Below, piece after piece: positions 20,025 to 30,375 of a stretch of DNA of 46,198 nt. The notes under the pieces are model-generated. The model was not told where the DNA came from, made no database searches, and worked only from the letters and a program-made list of their open reading frames with translations. Source of the stretch: Trichomonas gallinae (lineage: Eukaryota). Each line of letters starts with the position of its first letter. The first letter of the stretch is position 1. A program made the translations under genes and the position numbers. The stretch covers positions 1 to 46,198 of the forward strand of contig MRSU01010500.1 in assembly GCA_008369845.1 (NCBI GenBank). Direction: 5' to 3'.

Positions 20025-20672
20025 GATATGTGTCAAAAAAATTGTTGTCAAAATTTGGATTTAGCTGTTTTCTATGGATTTATCTGATGTGTATCATTAT
20101 TCATTAAAAATTTATGTGATTTCATTTTTGACTTGATGATGTTTACGTGACATATCTTGTGTTTTTGATTTACCAAAGGAAGCACTTCAGATTGAGGCAA
20201 TTTTAAAATTATATTTATTATATACTCTCAAAAAGGATTACTCCCATGTAATTAAACGAAAATTTCCAATGGAATGTAAAAAAAACTTTTTTTTGCAAAA
20301 AAATCCAATAAAGAAAAAGGCATGGAACATTCAAACTCTATAAATATGTGCAATGCAATCTATTTGATCTATTTTTAAAGCTACTGGTCTCATAACAATA
20401 GTATCATGACTTGAAATAGTTTTTTGAAATCTCTGAGATTTTTCGAAAAAAAAAATCATATGAATTTGAATTACATTTAAGATTTAACGACGGAACCTAT
20501 CTACTCAGCAACGCAGTTTTAACTATATGATTCCATCAAGCCTTATTATAAAGATATATTTGAAATTACAGTGATATATACTACAACTTTCAATAAAATA
20601 ATGCAGAGAAAGATAAATCTGTCAAGAATAGATTTTACATGACAAAAATATTTCACTTTTGCAATTGAAACA

Positions 20673-21293
20673 ATGGAACTTAAACCAGATAATATCGTTA
20701 GAGCCAATCAGTCTGCTTCAGCAGTAGCTATGAAGCAACTCAGAAATGACTTGGAAACTAGTTTCCAAACAGAACTTAAATATCTAGAATCTAAAATCGC
20801 AGAAAGCCTTACAGCAATCAAAGAAGCAATTAACCGTCAGCAAGATTTACATGAACAGAAAGAAAATGAAATTACAGATGCATTAAAACACGTTAAAGTA
20901 TTACAAGAACGATGCAGAAACCTTTTGCCAATCGAAAACAAGCCTGAAAGCCCACTTGATGAGGTGCTTGAAAGCAGATCACTACAAAAATTAGAACAAT
21001 TCATGGAGAAAAATGATCCAAATGAAATTTTCCCACCAAATCCAAATCACAAACCAGCAACAATGCTTTCATTCCTCCAGCAGTCTTCATTCTTGATACC
21101 AACACAAACTGATCGAGCACTTGAATGGATAAGTTCATGTTTATTAGATTTGGATACTAATGATACCATGATTAAAAGATTTTCTCCTGTTATCTTTAAA
21201 TTCCTCATCGAAAAGCTTAATGGTATTAACAATTCTAAAGCACGTGCAATTAAACATATTATTAGATCTCTATCCCTTGATAACCCGCAGTGA
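20673..21293 (+). CDS. Protein with an EDC4/Ge-1/Varicose-like C-terminal helical domain, 206 aa
   Basis: DPNEIFPPNP..PATMLSFLQQ...TQTDRALEWISSCLLDLDTNDTMIK resembles EDC4 DPAQVFGQPP..QPVLLSLIQQ...TRTDLKLSYLEEAVMHLDHSDPITR. N-terminal coiled coil; Inr TCACT upstream. Confidence 0.65.
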   Translation: MELKPDNIVRANQSASAVAMKQLRNDLETSFQTELKYLESKIAESLTAIKEAINRQQDLHEQKENEITDALKHVKVLQERCRNLLPIENKPESPLDEVLESRSLQKLEQFMEKNDPNEIFPPNPNHKPATMLSFLQQSSFLIPTQTDRALEWISSCLLDLDTNDTMIKRFSPVIFKFLIEKLNGINNSKARAIKHIIRSLSLDNPQ

Positions 21294-21628
21294 ACTTAAT
21301 TCAAAGATGTTTGTCTTATTAAAATCTATATTTGTCTAAATAAAATGTTATCAGAGAATAAAATCTTAAAATGTTCAGTTCAAATTTATAAATTCATCTA
21401 TTTTAACATTAGCTTATCAATAAACTATAAGATAAAAACGAAAATTTAGGATTTTTAAATAAAATAAAAAATATAAACCGATAAAGATAAATAATGTGCC
21501 CAAAAAGATTAATGTGTTTACAAGTCGCATCTGATCGAACATTGGAAGCCTAAAACAAAACACTGGATAGATTTTTCATTTTATTATCTAATTTTCGTAA
21601 AATAAATAAAATATAAACAATATGCATG

Positions 21629-22150
21629 TTACTGTGCAGCAGTCTCTATAATACTTTGTATCATGGACCTTCTAATCTCCTTTTCTTCATTTGTTGAAGC
21701 ATTAGCTGGTGATGCAATCAGTAATTTTGCAAGACCAATTTTTGCCTTCTTCTTCTCGGCGCCTTTGAGTGTTTTAGCTCTCCACCATCTTTGAATCAAG
21801 TATGCCGCAAAGTTTTTGCTTAACTGCTCGTATTTATAGATCAGTCTGAAGATTGATTGGTTCTCGAAGCCAGATGCCTCAAGTGAGCCAGAAGATTTCA
21901 TTATAATAATATGAGCAAGAAGAGAGCGGAGTTCGGCGGCAAGCTGCATAGCTGGGTCCTTATTAAGCGGTGACGGAACGCATGGATCTGTCGATGCAGG
22001 AGCAAGTAAATCTATATAAAAAGTTCCAGCCTGCTCACAGAGCTGTGGCCATGTTGTTAGGCACTGCAACTGGGCCTCGTCGAAATATGGAAAACTCTGA
22101 TACAATGACACTGGTTTTTCTTCAATGATTTCGCCATTCTCTGCTTCCAT
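21629..22150 (-). CDS. Hypothetical protein with an IQ motif, 173 aa
   Basis: AAYLIQRWWRAKTLK is IQ-like; coding-like composition. Start moved to ATG 22150. Confidence 0.7.
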   Translation of the reverse strand: MEAENGEIIEEKPVSLYQSFPYFDEAQLQCLTTWPQLCEQAGTFYIDLLAPASTDPCVPSPLNKDPAMQLAAELRSLLAHIIIMKSSGSLEASGFENQSIFRLIYKYEQLSKNFAAYLIQRWWRAKTLKGAEKKKAKIGLAKLLIASPANASTNEEKEIRRSMIQSIIETAAQ

Positions 22151-22651
22151 TATCAAAAAAGTGTCAATTTTGTTTACAATTTTTCGACTTGGCCTGTTTT
22201 TCTTATTAAATATATTCTGTATACTATATTTCTCGGTAAATTTTCGATTTTGTCTGTTTCTCTGAGTTATTCATCGACTTTTACGAATAATAAATTAAAT
22301 TTTCTAAAATGACAAATATCTAATGAACGAATAGAAAATTTTCGTATCTAAATTTATATTATATTAGTAATAGTTCTACTCTAATATATTTCATCAATAA
22401 TAAATTTTTTTGTTGGTCATATTTTCCAAAAAATCAACTTTTTTATTGTCGAAGTTATTTTATCTTTAATATTAATTAAACATTTGATAATATAATCATA
22501 TAGGGATATGAATCTTGATTTTTATCTTATTTTTTCTGAAATCAAAAAATTATTAGAAGAAAATTTTTTTTTCAGTAATATGTTTAGATAGGAATGAAGG
22601 TAGTAAATAAAACGAGTACATATGGCATATATCTAAGAATCAATAATATGT

Positions 22652-23371
22652 TTAATTAGGAGACAATCTGTACAATAATGTTTTGATGATTTCTGGATCA
22701 ACACTATTATAGGAAACATGCTCAATAATTTGTTCAACCATTTTCGGCTCGAGATTCTCGACGCGTTGCAATGAAAACAAAATAGAATATTCTTGTGTAT
22801 TGTTCTTGATAACATTGACTATGAAATCGAATAATACTGACTCATCTGCAATTTGGAACTTATCTGATTCAAATATTTGCTCGTATGCATTAATTGGCAT
22901 TTTAAGGAATTCTGGGCGATTTTGAAAGTCTTCAAAGTTCTCAGCTAGTAAATCGGCACATTCCACATGAGGAATGCGCATCTCACCGTAAATTGATAAA
23001 ATTTCGATTGCATTTTCTCGTGTTACTGGTTTAAGAAACTGTGAGGCAGCAGCCTTCAACATTTGTATATCGAGATCATTTGCAATATAGAATATAAACG
23101 GAGCATTTTTCGGATTTAACATGATACTTCTACCATGGAATGCATCACTGATCAATTGAAAGTATTTATGTGGGTCTTTGATATTTTTATAAGAATATGA
23201 AATTAAATCCTTGTTTTCTTTGAGCATTGCAGCTATTTTTGGAGAAAGTGTGGCAACTGTTACTCTATGGACTGGATATTCCTCACCATCGATGTAGAAC
23301 ACAAAATCTGGTGGTAAAACGCCTGTTGGCATAAAGAATAATATAGGTGGCTCAGGATCCATTTGGAACAT
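22652..23371 (-). CDS. BTB/POZ-BACK domain protein
   Basis: DFVFYIDGEEYPVHRVTVATLSP (BTB); AENFEDF...FLKMPI...DESVLFDFI (BACK). Confidence 0.85.
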   Translation of the reverse strand: MFQMDPEPPILFFMPTGVLPPDFVFYIDGEEYPVHRVTVATLSPKIAAMLKENKDLISYSYKNIKDPHKYFQLISDAFHGRSIMLNPKNAPFIFYIANDLDIQMLKAAASQFLKPVTRENAIEILSIYGEMRIPHVECADLLAENFEDFQNRPEFLKMPINAYEQIFESDKFQIADESVLFDFIVNVIKNNTQEYSILFSLQRVENLEPKMVEQIIEHVSYNSVDPEIIKTLLYRLSPN

Positions 23372-23840
23372 ACTGTCTTAATATTTTTTGACAGTGTAAA
23401 CTCGATTTTGTCAAAAAAAAGAATTAGAACATATTATGGGATTTTATAACAGCCAAATGCAAACACTCATCTTACATATTAATATTCTAGAATATAGCTT
23501 TTCTATTTTGATATTTTAATTATATCAAAAATAAATAATGAATTCGAACATTAACAAAACAAGATTTTGGCAATATAATTCATATACATCACAAAGAATA
23601 AATAAATTTGATATGAATTCAAAATAATAAAATTGAAAATAATACATCTTTTCTAATCATAAAATAATATTAAAGTAAGTTAATAGAATTAAAATTAATT
23701 TCTTTGTTAATACAACAAATAGTCAAATCAATATAATTTTCAATCATATTAATAATCAGTTATGGTTTAATGGGAGTAGGTTAAAATTAATAAAAATCAA
23801 ATTTAAAACAAACAAATAAAATTCATAATAATAAAAAATA

Positions 23841-25913
23841 TTAAGCCTTATCTTCTATCTTAGGTAATTTTGTTGATTTCGTTTTCCTAGTTGCTACGGT
23901 TGTCTTAGGTCTGACAGTTCCACTGCTGTAGTTCAGAATAACAGTGTCACCGGCTCTCACTGGCGCGCATGACTGTGGCTCTCCCATCAATCTAGCGATC
24001 TCTGAGTCAGTAATCATACCTACGACTCCACCTTTCTCTCTGCCGCACAGCAAGCATTTGTAGCCTCTCGTGGCTCCTGCTGTCATATTATCATCTTCTG
24101 ATGCAGCGTGAATTGCGTTGAGATACTTCACGAATTCATCTTTGTGTATTACACTTTCGATGTTCTTCTCTAAAGCATCAACTCTCGTTCCCATCTTAGA
24201 AACAGCAGTTTTAACAATCTGCAAAACTTTATCTACTGTTTCACGAGAACAGCAATGATCAATTCTTTTATTGATCGCAGCTAATGCGTCATCATCGAGA
24301 TTGAACTGCGGATTTGATATTGTAATACTCTCGCCTTTATCTGATCTTCTATTCTTCGACATCTGGTGCTCGATCTCTTCCACGCGAATTGCTAAGTCGC
24401 CGAGTTTCAATGCGAGCTCTCTTCCACCGGCTTCAACAATAATCGGCTTCATGTTGCGATTCGATTGCGTGTTTTCTGTTGGAATGTGCATTGTGCTCAT
24501 CGTGCGGGCCATTTTCGGTTTTTCTGAGGATTCCGTGGATGTATAACTTTCTTCGCTTCTAATCTTTTGCAAAATTTTTTGTTCTTCGCTTATTTCGCCG
24601 TTATTTTCCTCATTTTCCTCAATTTCATTTTGTACAGCATCGAACTCGAGTATTGGTGGCACGTTGTTGACTTTATCCATTCCTAAAATATTTGGAACAA
24701 CAAATTTATTTGGTTCTGGGTTCTCGATTATCTGAGATGGATCTACATCAGGAGGAAGTAGCATTGACATGGATGTTTCTGTTTCAAGTTTATGTTCTGA
24801 GCTTTGAGCAGAAATTTTATTGCTGTGAGCTGAAGTTGGCGATGAATTTGGTGCAGAGCCAACATTGGATGTTGCTGTTGAATAAGATGTAGATGAGCGT
24901 GACGAAAGTCCAGTAATTGGATTTAAATGTATAATTGGTTCTGAATGTATTCCAAGATTTGGCAGCGGATGCCCAGAGTCAGAGAATGTTCGCTCTATGG
25001 TGGCAATTCTACCTGCTGATGTGTTGATTCCATTTTCAATTTTACTAAACATGTCATTTAACTGATTAGTTAAGTTTTCCTGCATAATTGTGAACTCTTC
25101 AGCCAGTGTCGCTGCTTCAGAGTTCTTAATACTGTCGATTTGCGTCTTCATTTCTTTTAATCTATCTTCAAACGCTGAAATTTGATTTTTCATTTCTTCA
25201 TTGTCATTGGCTGCTTTAGCAATATCAGTTGATCTTGAACTTACAAGTTCTTGGACTTCATCTGTTTGAATTTGAATTGAATCCATTTGCGATCGCATAT
25301 TCTGCACATTATCACTATGCTCTGATATCGTTTGTTGTGCAGAATCCATGCTTTTCTCTAAAGTGCCAATACGATCAAGTATTGATTCTAATTTAGTTTC
25401 ATCGAAGACTTCGCTTGTTGTTACAACAATTTTATCAACTTTGTCGTTAAGCTGATCGAGCTTGAAGGCTAAATCGTTGTGCATATCGATCGTACTGAAG
25501 TTATCCGTGAATTCCTTTTTTAATTTTGCGATTCCATTGATTAATCCTGTATCTATTTGCTGTTGAGAAGCAGCAATGAGATCTACAGTCTTTTTGTCAA
25601 TGTTTGTTTGTGTTTGTTCGAATAATTTATCAAATTTTTCTTGCATTAAATTCATTGTTTTTTGATTTGTCGTGATAACAAAGTTTACACTTCGCTCAAC
25701 TTCACCAATTCGACCATTGCAGTTGACTATTTGTGCTTTTAAGTCGAATAAAGCATCATTGAACTCTTTGATTTCTCTCGCGCGCTGGCTGTCGTTTCGT
25801 AGATGATCAATGCGTTTGTTAAGCTCGGAGAGGATTTCTCGGACATTGCTATAGTCAAACGAGATGTTTAAAAGGCCTCGAGTGATTACTTGGTCCAAAT
25901 CATTCTCCTCCAT
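23841..25913 (-). CDS. Long coiled-coil protein with a C-terminal CxxC motif
   Basis: 690 aa ORF with a heptad-rich N-half, a Ser-rich linker and C-terminal TAGATRGYKCLLCGR. Confidence 0.8.
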   Translation of the reverse strand: MEENDLDQVITRGLLNISFDYSNVREILSELNKRIDHLRNDSQRAREIKEFNDALFDLKAQIVNCNGRIGEVERSVNFVITTNQKTMNLMQEKFDKLFEQTQTNIDKKTVDLIAASQQQIDTGLINGIAKLKKEFTDNFSTIDMHNDLAFKLDQLNDKVDKIVVTTSEVFDETKLESILDRIGTLEKSMDSAQQTISEHSDNVQNMRSQMDSIQIQTDEVQELVSSRSTDIAKAANDNEEMKNQISAFEDRLKEMKTQIDSIKNSEAATLAEEFTIMQENLTNQLNDMFSKIENGINTSAGRIATIERTFSDSGHPLPNLGIHSEPIIHLNPITGLSSRSSTSYSTATSNVGSAPNSSPTSAHSNKISAQSSEHKLETETSMSMLLPPDVDPSQIIENPEPNKFVVPNILGMDKVNNVPPILEFDAVQNEIEENEENNGEISEEQKILQKIRSEESYTSTESSEKPKMARTMSTMHIPTENTQSNRNMKPIIVEAGGRELALKLGDLAIRVEEIEHQMSKNRRSDKGESITISNPQFNLDDDALAAINKRIDHCCSRETVDKVLQIVKTAVSKMGTRVDALEKNIESVIHKDEFVKYLNAIHAASEDDNMTAGATRGYKCLLCGREKGGVVGMITDSEIARLMGEPQSCAPVRAGDTVILNYSSGTVRPKTTVATRKTKSTKLPKIEDKA

Positions 25914-26583
25914 AAAATTTCTATTAACGTATTACAAAATGGCATGTAAATATAGTATTTTGTCATATAAATATCTCAAAATTTCGAAATCTGACATATA
26001 AATTATGATTTTTGACAAATAAAATAAAAACATTTTTTCAAAAATTTATCATTTTTATTATTTTTATAATGAATAGATATAATTTATTGAATAAAATCAA
26101 TAAAATTTATTACTAAAAAAAGATTTTTATTTTTCTCGAAATTGGACCAATAGAAATGAATTCCATTATGTATAATAATTATTTTATGAATATTTTTATA
26201 TTTATATGAAATATAGCTGAATAATGTCTTACTATTCCTTAGATATTTTTATCAAAATGTTTTAAATCAGGAATTAATAGAATTTATTGATATAATTAGC
26301 ATATAATGTTTTAATATGATGTGATTCTTGGATAGAAAAGATAAAATAATTGATTTAATTTAATTTGATAATTTTTATGCAAATAAATGAAAAATTAGCG
26401 GTAATTTGGGATATGTATTTTTATTTACTTCATTATCAAAGGCAAAATTAAAACATTATAAAAAATCGTAAATAAATGAAAATTGTTGTTGTTTTTGAAA
26501 ACTACTGCCAGTAAATATTATGTATTTAGTCTCAAAAACGAAAAAATAAATTGAGAATGTTGTTGTACGTTTAGGAAAAATCA

Positions 26584-27504
26584 ATGATTGGAAAGGCAAA
26601 GCAGTCTCCTCGAGTCACCCCTAACAGAAAGGCTGATAAATCTGCTGCGTCGTCCTCAAAGAAAGTCACGCCAACAGGAAAGTCGCCCCTGAAGCTCAAA
26701 AACCTTGTTTCTGTGACACCAACGCAAAGAAATCTTGCTACCAAAGAAGAAAAAACTGCTGAAACACCTGCCCAAATGGAGTCTAGGATTAGATGTGAAC
26801 TTAGACTAGAAATGTTGGTTAGAATGCGCGAAATGCAAGATTATTATGAATCAAAAATTGCTGATTTGACAGAAGCAATGGATTCTGATTCCTATACACT
26901 TACTGCTCTATGCGGTGACTCTGAGAGCGCGCAAAGTTCTCCAGAAAGCAAAGTTAATCCAGAAATTCTTGAAATTACACGAAAAATCGAAGAAGCTGTG
27001 GCCAGACGCGATCAATTACTCAAGCAACTTGATGAAAAGAAAAGACAAAACGTCGCAATCAACCAGGAAATTGAATCTACAAATTCTCAAAATGCAAAGC
27101 TTATTGAGCAGAGAAATGGCCTCCAGATGCGTGTTGACGCCCTGAAAAAGCAGAAGCAAGACGAAGACCTCAAAATCAATGCTGCACAAGAGGAGCAGAA
27201 AAGATTCGAATTTTTGGAGAAAGAAAGCAAGAATGAAACAGCTGAGCAGCAGCATGCAGCTCCTAAAGTTGAAAAGAAGGAGCAACCGAGGACGAAGAAG
27301 CTCTCGAAGAGTGGAGAGAACGCAAACCCAGGCCAGGTCGAGCGTGGATCAATGAAGAGGATTCCGAGGGAGCCACACATTCCTTCTGCTGCTCCTTCGT
27401 CAGCGAGAAACCCAACAGACACAGTTGGAGAGTTCAACCAGAAGCCGTATAGAATGAAGATCACGCCGGTTCTTGTTCACAAAGCTAAGCACAACAAAGC
27501 ATAA
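26584..27504 (+). CDS. Coiled-coil protein with a basic S/T-P-rich N-terminus
   Basis: 306 aa; SPR, TPNR, TPT and SPLK sites, then a central coiled coil; coding-like composition. Confidence 0.8.
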   Translation: MIGKAKQSPRVTPNRKADKSAASSSKKVTPTGKSPLKLKNLVSVTPTQRNLATKEEKTAETPAQMESRIRCELRLEMLVRMREMQDYYESKIADLTEAMDSDSYTLTALCGDSESAQSSPESKVNPEILEITRKIEEAVARRDQLLKQLDEKKRQNVAINQEIESTNSQNAKLIEQRNGLQMRVDALKKQKQDEDLKINAAQEEQKRFEFLEKESKNETAEQQHAAPKVEKKEQPRTKKLSKSGENANPGQVERGSMKRIPREPHIPSAAPSSARNPTDTVGEFNQKPYRMKITPVLVHKAKHNKA

Positions 27505-27916
27505 TGCATTTTTTCTTGTAACTTTTTGTATTTTTATAATCTATTCCTTTTTAATTAATTATATTAAAAGTTTTATTATAAATTTCAAAGCATCGTCTTT
27601 CTTTTAAGAATATTACGCAATTTTTAAAGAATGAAATGGAACGATAAAGAAAAAAAATGAAATATTGGACGATATTGATTTTTTTTTTTTTTTGTATCTG
27701 ATTAAGGGAAGGTTTTAAAATATTTTCACTTTGGTACAAGTATAGTATATCCTACAAAAATAATATACCCAAAGTTATTTGAGTTTTACTCATCCCCAAA
27801 TGGGGAAAACGGATCAAACAAGTCGATTTGTAAACCTCGGAAATATTCTTAAAACTTTTAAAAATTCTCCAACATTTTTAAAAATTTACCATCACTATTT
27901 AAAAAAAATCAGTATA

Positions 27917-28500
27917 ATGGAGTTTGGCCAAGTTGGCAGTGTCCAGTCCATCCCAGACATGACAAAGAACGACACACTCATCGAAGTTCTCAATCATGAC
28001 CAGTTGTCTGAGTGTTTGAAGCACATTACTCGGAATGTTGATGATTCACTCTCCATTCTCGAAAATGTTCAGTCTAAATACAAGGCTCCAGACAGATTCA
28101 CGGTTGTCCGTCATCTTTTTAATGACTTTAGTGAAGGAGAATAAATCGATTCTAAGAAGTTTGTGGAATTTATCAAATCATTAGGTCGATGCCTCCATCT
28201 TGATATCCTATATTCTATCACAACTATTGTTGAATCTTTACTTTCCAAAATTGATCAACTTTCAATTGAAAACAGTCAAAAATTACAAAAAAAAAACACA
28301 AAACCTGATGTTCGTACGCAAACACAACAAGTATAAACATCACAAACACAAAACCAGGCTGTAAACAAAAACATCGAAGAATTGAAGAAGATTCCGAAAA
28401 CAGAAGAAAATTTTGATAAAATCTACGAAAAATTTGTCAAAGATTTGCAACAGAAAACGACAGAGATGCCATGTCATTTGCCGTCATAAAGAAAACTGTT
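27917..28500 (+). pseudogene. Disrupted member of a multicopy trichomonad family (resembles the N-terminal region of expanded ankyrin-repeat proteins)
   Basis: ATG 27917 follows TCAGT. In-frame stops at 28142 and 28334 have protein-like sequence on both sides (IDSKKFVEFIKSLGRCLHLDILYSI...IEELKKIPKTEENFDKIYEK). An apparent frameshift near 28440 continues as FATENDRDAMSFAV. The family assignment is inference. Confidence 0.65.
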
Positions 28501-28513
28501 TACGTGCCAGCAT

Positions 28514-28561
28514 TCTGCTTCAAATTGTGGTACTCTGCTTCAAATTGAGATGCTCTGCTTC
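28514..28561 (+). repeat. 20-bp tandem repeat (~2.5 copies)
   Basis: TCTGCTTC at 28514, 28534 and 28554; the first two continue AAATTG. Confidence 0.8.
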
Positions 28562-28703
28562 TATTCAACCCCCTGAAGATTTTTAACGCACTTTAATTAA
28601 TTTCTTTCTCGATTTATCAAAATCTTAGCCCTTTGGATGGTCTTCATTCAGTATAAGCCTGAACTTGATTAAAAAGATCAAGATTCAGAATTAATAAACG
28701 TGC

Positions 28704-30161
28704 ATGGAAATCTTTCCAAGCGGATATAAGCGATTTGGGAAGTCAATAGAGATATTCGATGAGTCCCTGCTCTCCACTGATATAGACTTGTCGCTCGAAT
28801 TCGGAAAAGAGCAGATTCCTGAGGAAGATGTTGATGAATCTCGGCCACCAATTGAGTATTATTCAGATTTCATGCAAGCATATAATGAAAGAAGGCATTC
28901 ATGGCTGAATGAATGCCTTTTCAGCTTAATTGGCTTCACGCAAAAAGTTGAAATTTTGGATACTCAAGAATTAGTTACACAAGGCGTTCTATGTGCATTA
29001 ATAGACCTTGCAAAGAACGGTGACATTGATTTTTCCTTCAAATCTTTTTGCGTTTTGATCAATATTTCTGCAAGAGCAAATCCTTCAAATGATCCACTTA
29101 ATACTGACGATTTCTTCAATTTCTTATGTGAAATGATGAATGAAGCTGAATTAGACATGAAAATCTTCAGTTGCGTTTTGAGATGCTTCAGTAATTACGC
29201 AGAGAACTCGGAAATAAACAGAAATAAGGTCCTTGGAGTATTTCCCATCAACAGACTTGAAGTAATTTTCTTGCAAAGCAAAGATGTATCCGTTCAGCGA
29301 GAAATCATTCATTTGGTTTACATTTACACCAAGCACCCGATAGATCCTCAAAATGGCTCGCAAATCATTACTTTATGCCAAAATGTTTTAATTCATGAAT
29401 ATTCAAGTTACTTCGATTACGCACTTTGGGCCTTGCTATGCATCCTAAGGCAACATGACGCTGCTCTGGCGATGATATTTACTGACGAAATCGCAGATCA
29501 AGTTTGCAAATTAGTTGGAAGCTCAACAAACAAAATTAGATGCCCAGCACTTTTATTATTGGGTTTCTTCCTCGAAGCAGGCAACGCAGTCAATAACCTA
29601 AGGTACAAAGATGTTACAGAATGTTATACATCCGAAGATGTCAACATTCAGTTGAATTCTTTCTATGTAACAAAATATCTGGCCAAAGTTATGCCCGAGA
29701 AGATAGAGAAGCTTATCAATGCAGACTTCTTTAATCAAATTTATTATGTTCTTCATGACGACTTCAAATTCACGACAAAAATAGAAGCAGCGAAGCTGTT
29801 TAACTTCATCATATCTTCAGGAGGAAAGTCTATACTTGAAAGACTTTGCGTTAATGGGGCAGTCACACAATTTATTTATTTCTTTGAGTTCGAAGACAAT
29901 GAGCTTATTCTTGATACACTAAACGCAATGTACAAACTGTTTGAAAACGAAAATATCATTGAACCAAATCTTTTCAAGATGATGCTATCGCGCTTCAAAA
30001 CAATTGGTGGCTTTGAAGCTGTTTTGGCTTTGCATGATCTAGGAAATGATGATATCTCAGCTGAAGTTGATTTGCTGCAAGAAAATATTTTTGATAATCT
30101 AGATATAGAAGAAATACCACTAGAAGTTGATTCCGATGACAACGATGACGAAGAAGACTGA
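28704..30161 (+). CDS. ARM/HEAT-repeat (importin-alpha-like fold) hypothetical protein
   Basis: 485 aa with helical repeats such as VLRCFSNYAENSEINRNKVL, ALWALLCI and KTIGGFEAVLALHDLGNDDI; acidic tail. Confidence 0.75.
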   Translation: MEIFPSGYKRFGKSIEIFDESLLSTDIDLSLEFGKEQIPEEDVDESRPPIEYYSDFMQAYNERRHSWLNECLFSLIGFTQKVEILDTQELVTQGVLCALIDLAKNGDIDFSFKSFCVLINISARANPSNDPLNTDDFFNFLCEMMNEAELDMKIFSCVLRCFSNYAENSEINRNKVLGVFPINRLEVIFLQSKDVSVQREIIHLVYIYTKHPIDPQNGSQIITLCQNVLIHEYSSYFDYALWALLCILRQHDAALAMIFTDEIADQVCKLVGSSTNKIRCPALLLLGFFLEAGNAVNNLRYKDVTECYTSEDVNIQLNSFYVTKYLAKVMPEKIEKLINADFFNQIYYVLHDDFKFTTKIEAAKLFNFIISSGGKSILERLCVNGAVTQFIYFFEFEDNELILDTLNAMYKLFENENIIEPNLFKMMLSRFKTIGGFEAVLALHDLGNDDISAEVDLLQENIFDNLDIEEIPLEVDSDDNDDEED

Positions 30162-30375
30162 TATTATATAATATATTATTGTATAAATTGTTATTTTCTT
30201 ATTATATTTTAGGAGATATTTTTTATACAATAAGTTCGACTTTTTGATAGTACTCATAGAATTATTCAATGAGGTCCTACAAAAATCGTGGAAAATAAAC
30301 CAGCCATTTGAATTTAAAAAATTTAATACGAAGTCTAACAGTCTCATGATAATTATAAAATATTAATAAAAAGAT

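Noticed and set aside
28142..28336. In-frame TAA as stop-codon reassignment or readthrough
   Set aside because: Intact genes in the window terminate at TAA and the same region has a frameshift; pseudogenisation is simpler.
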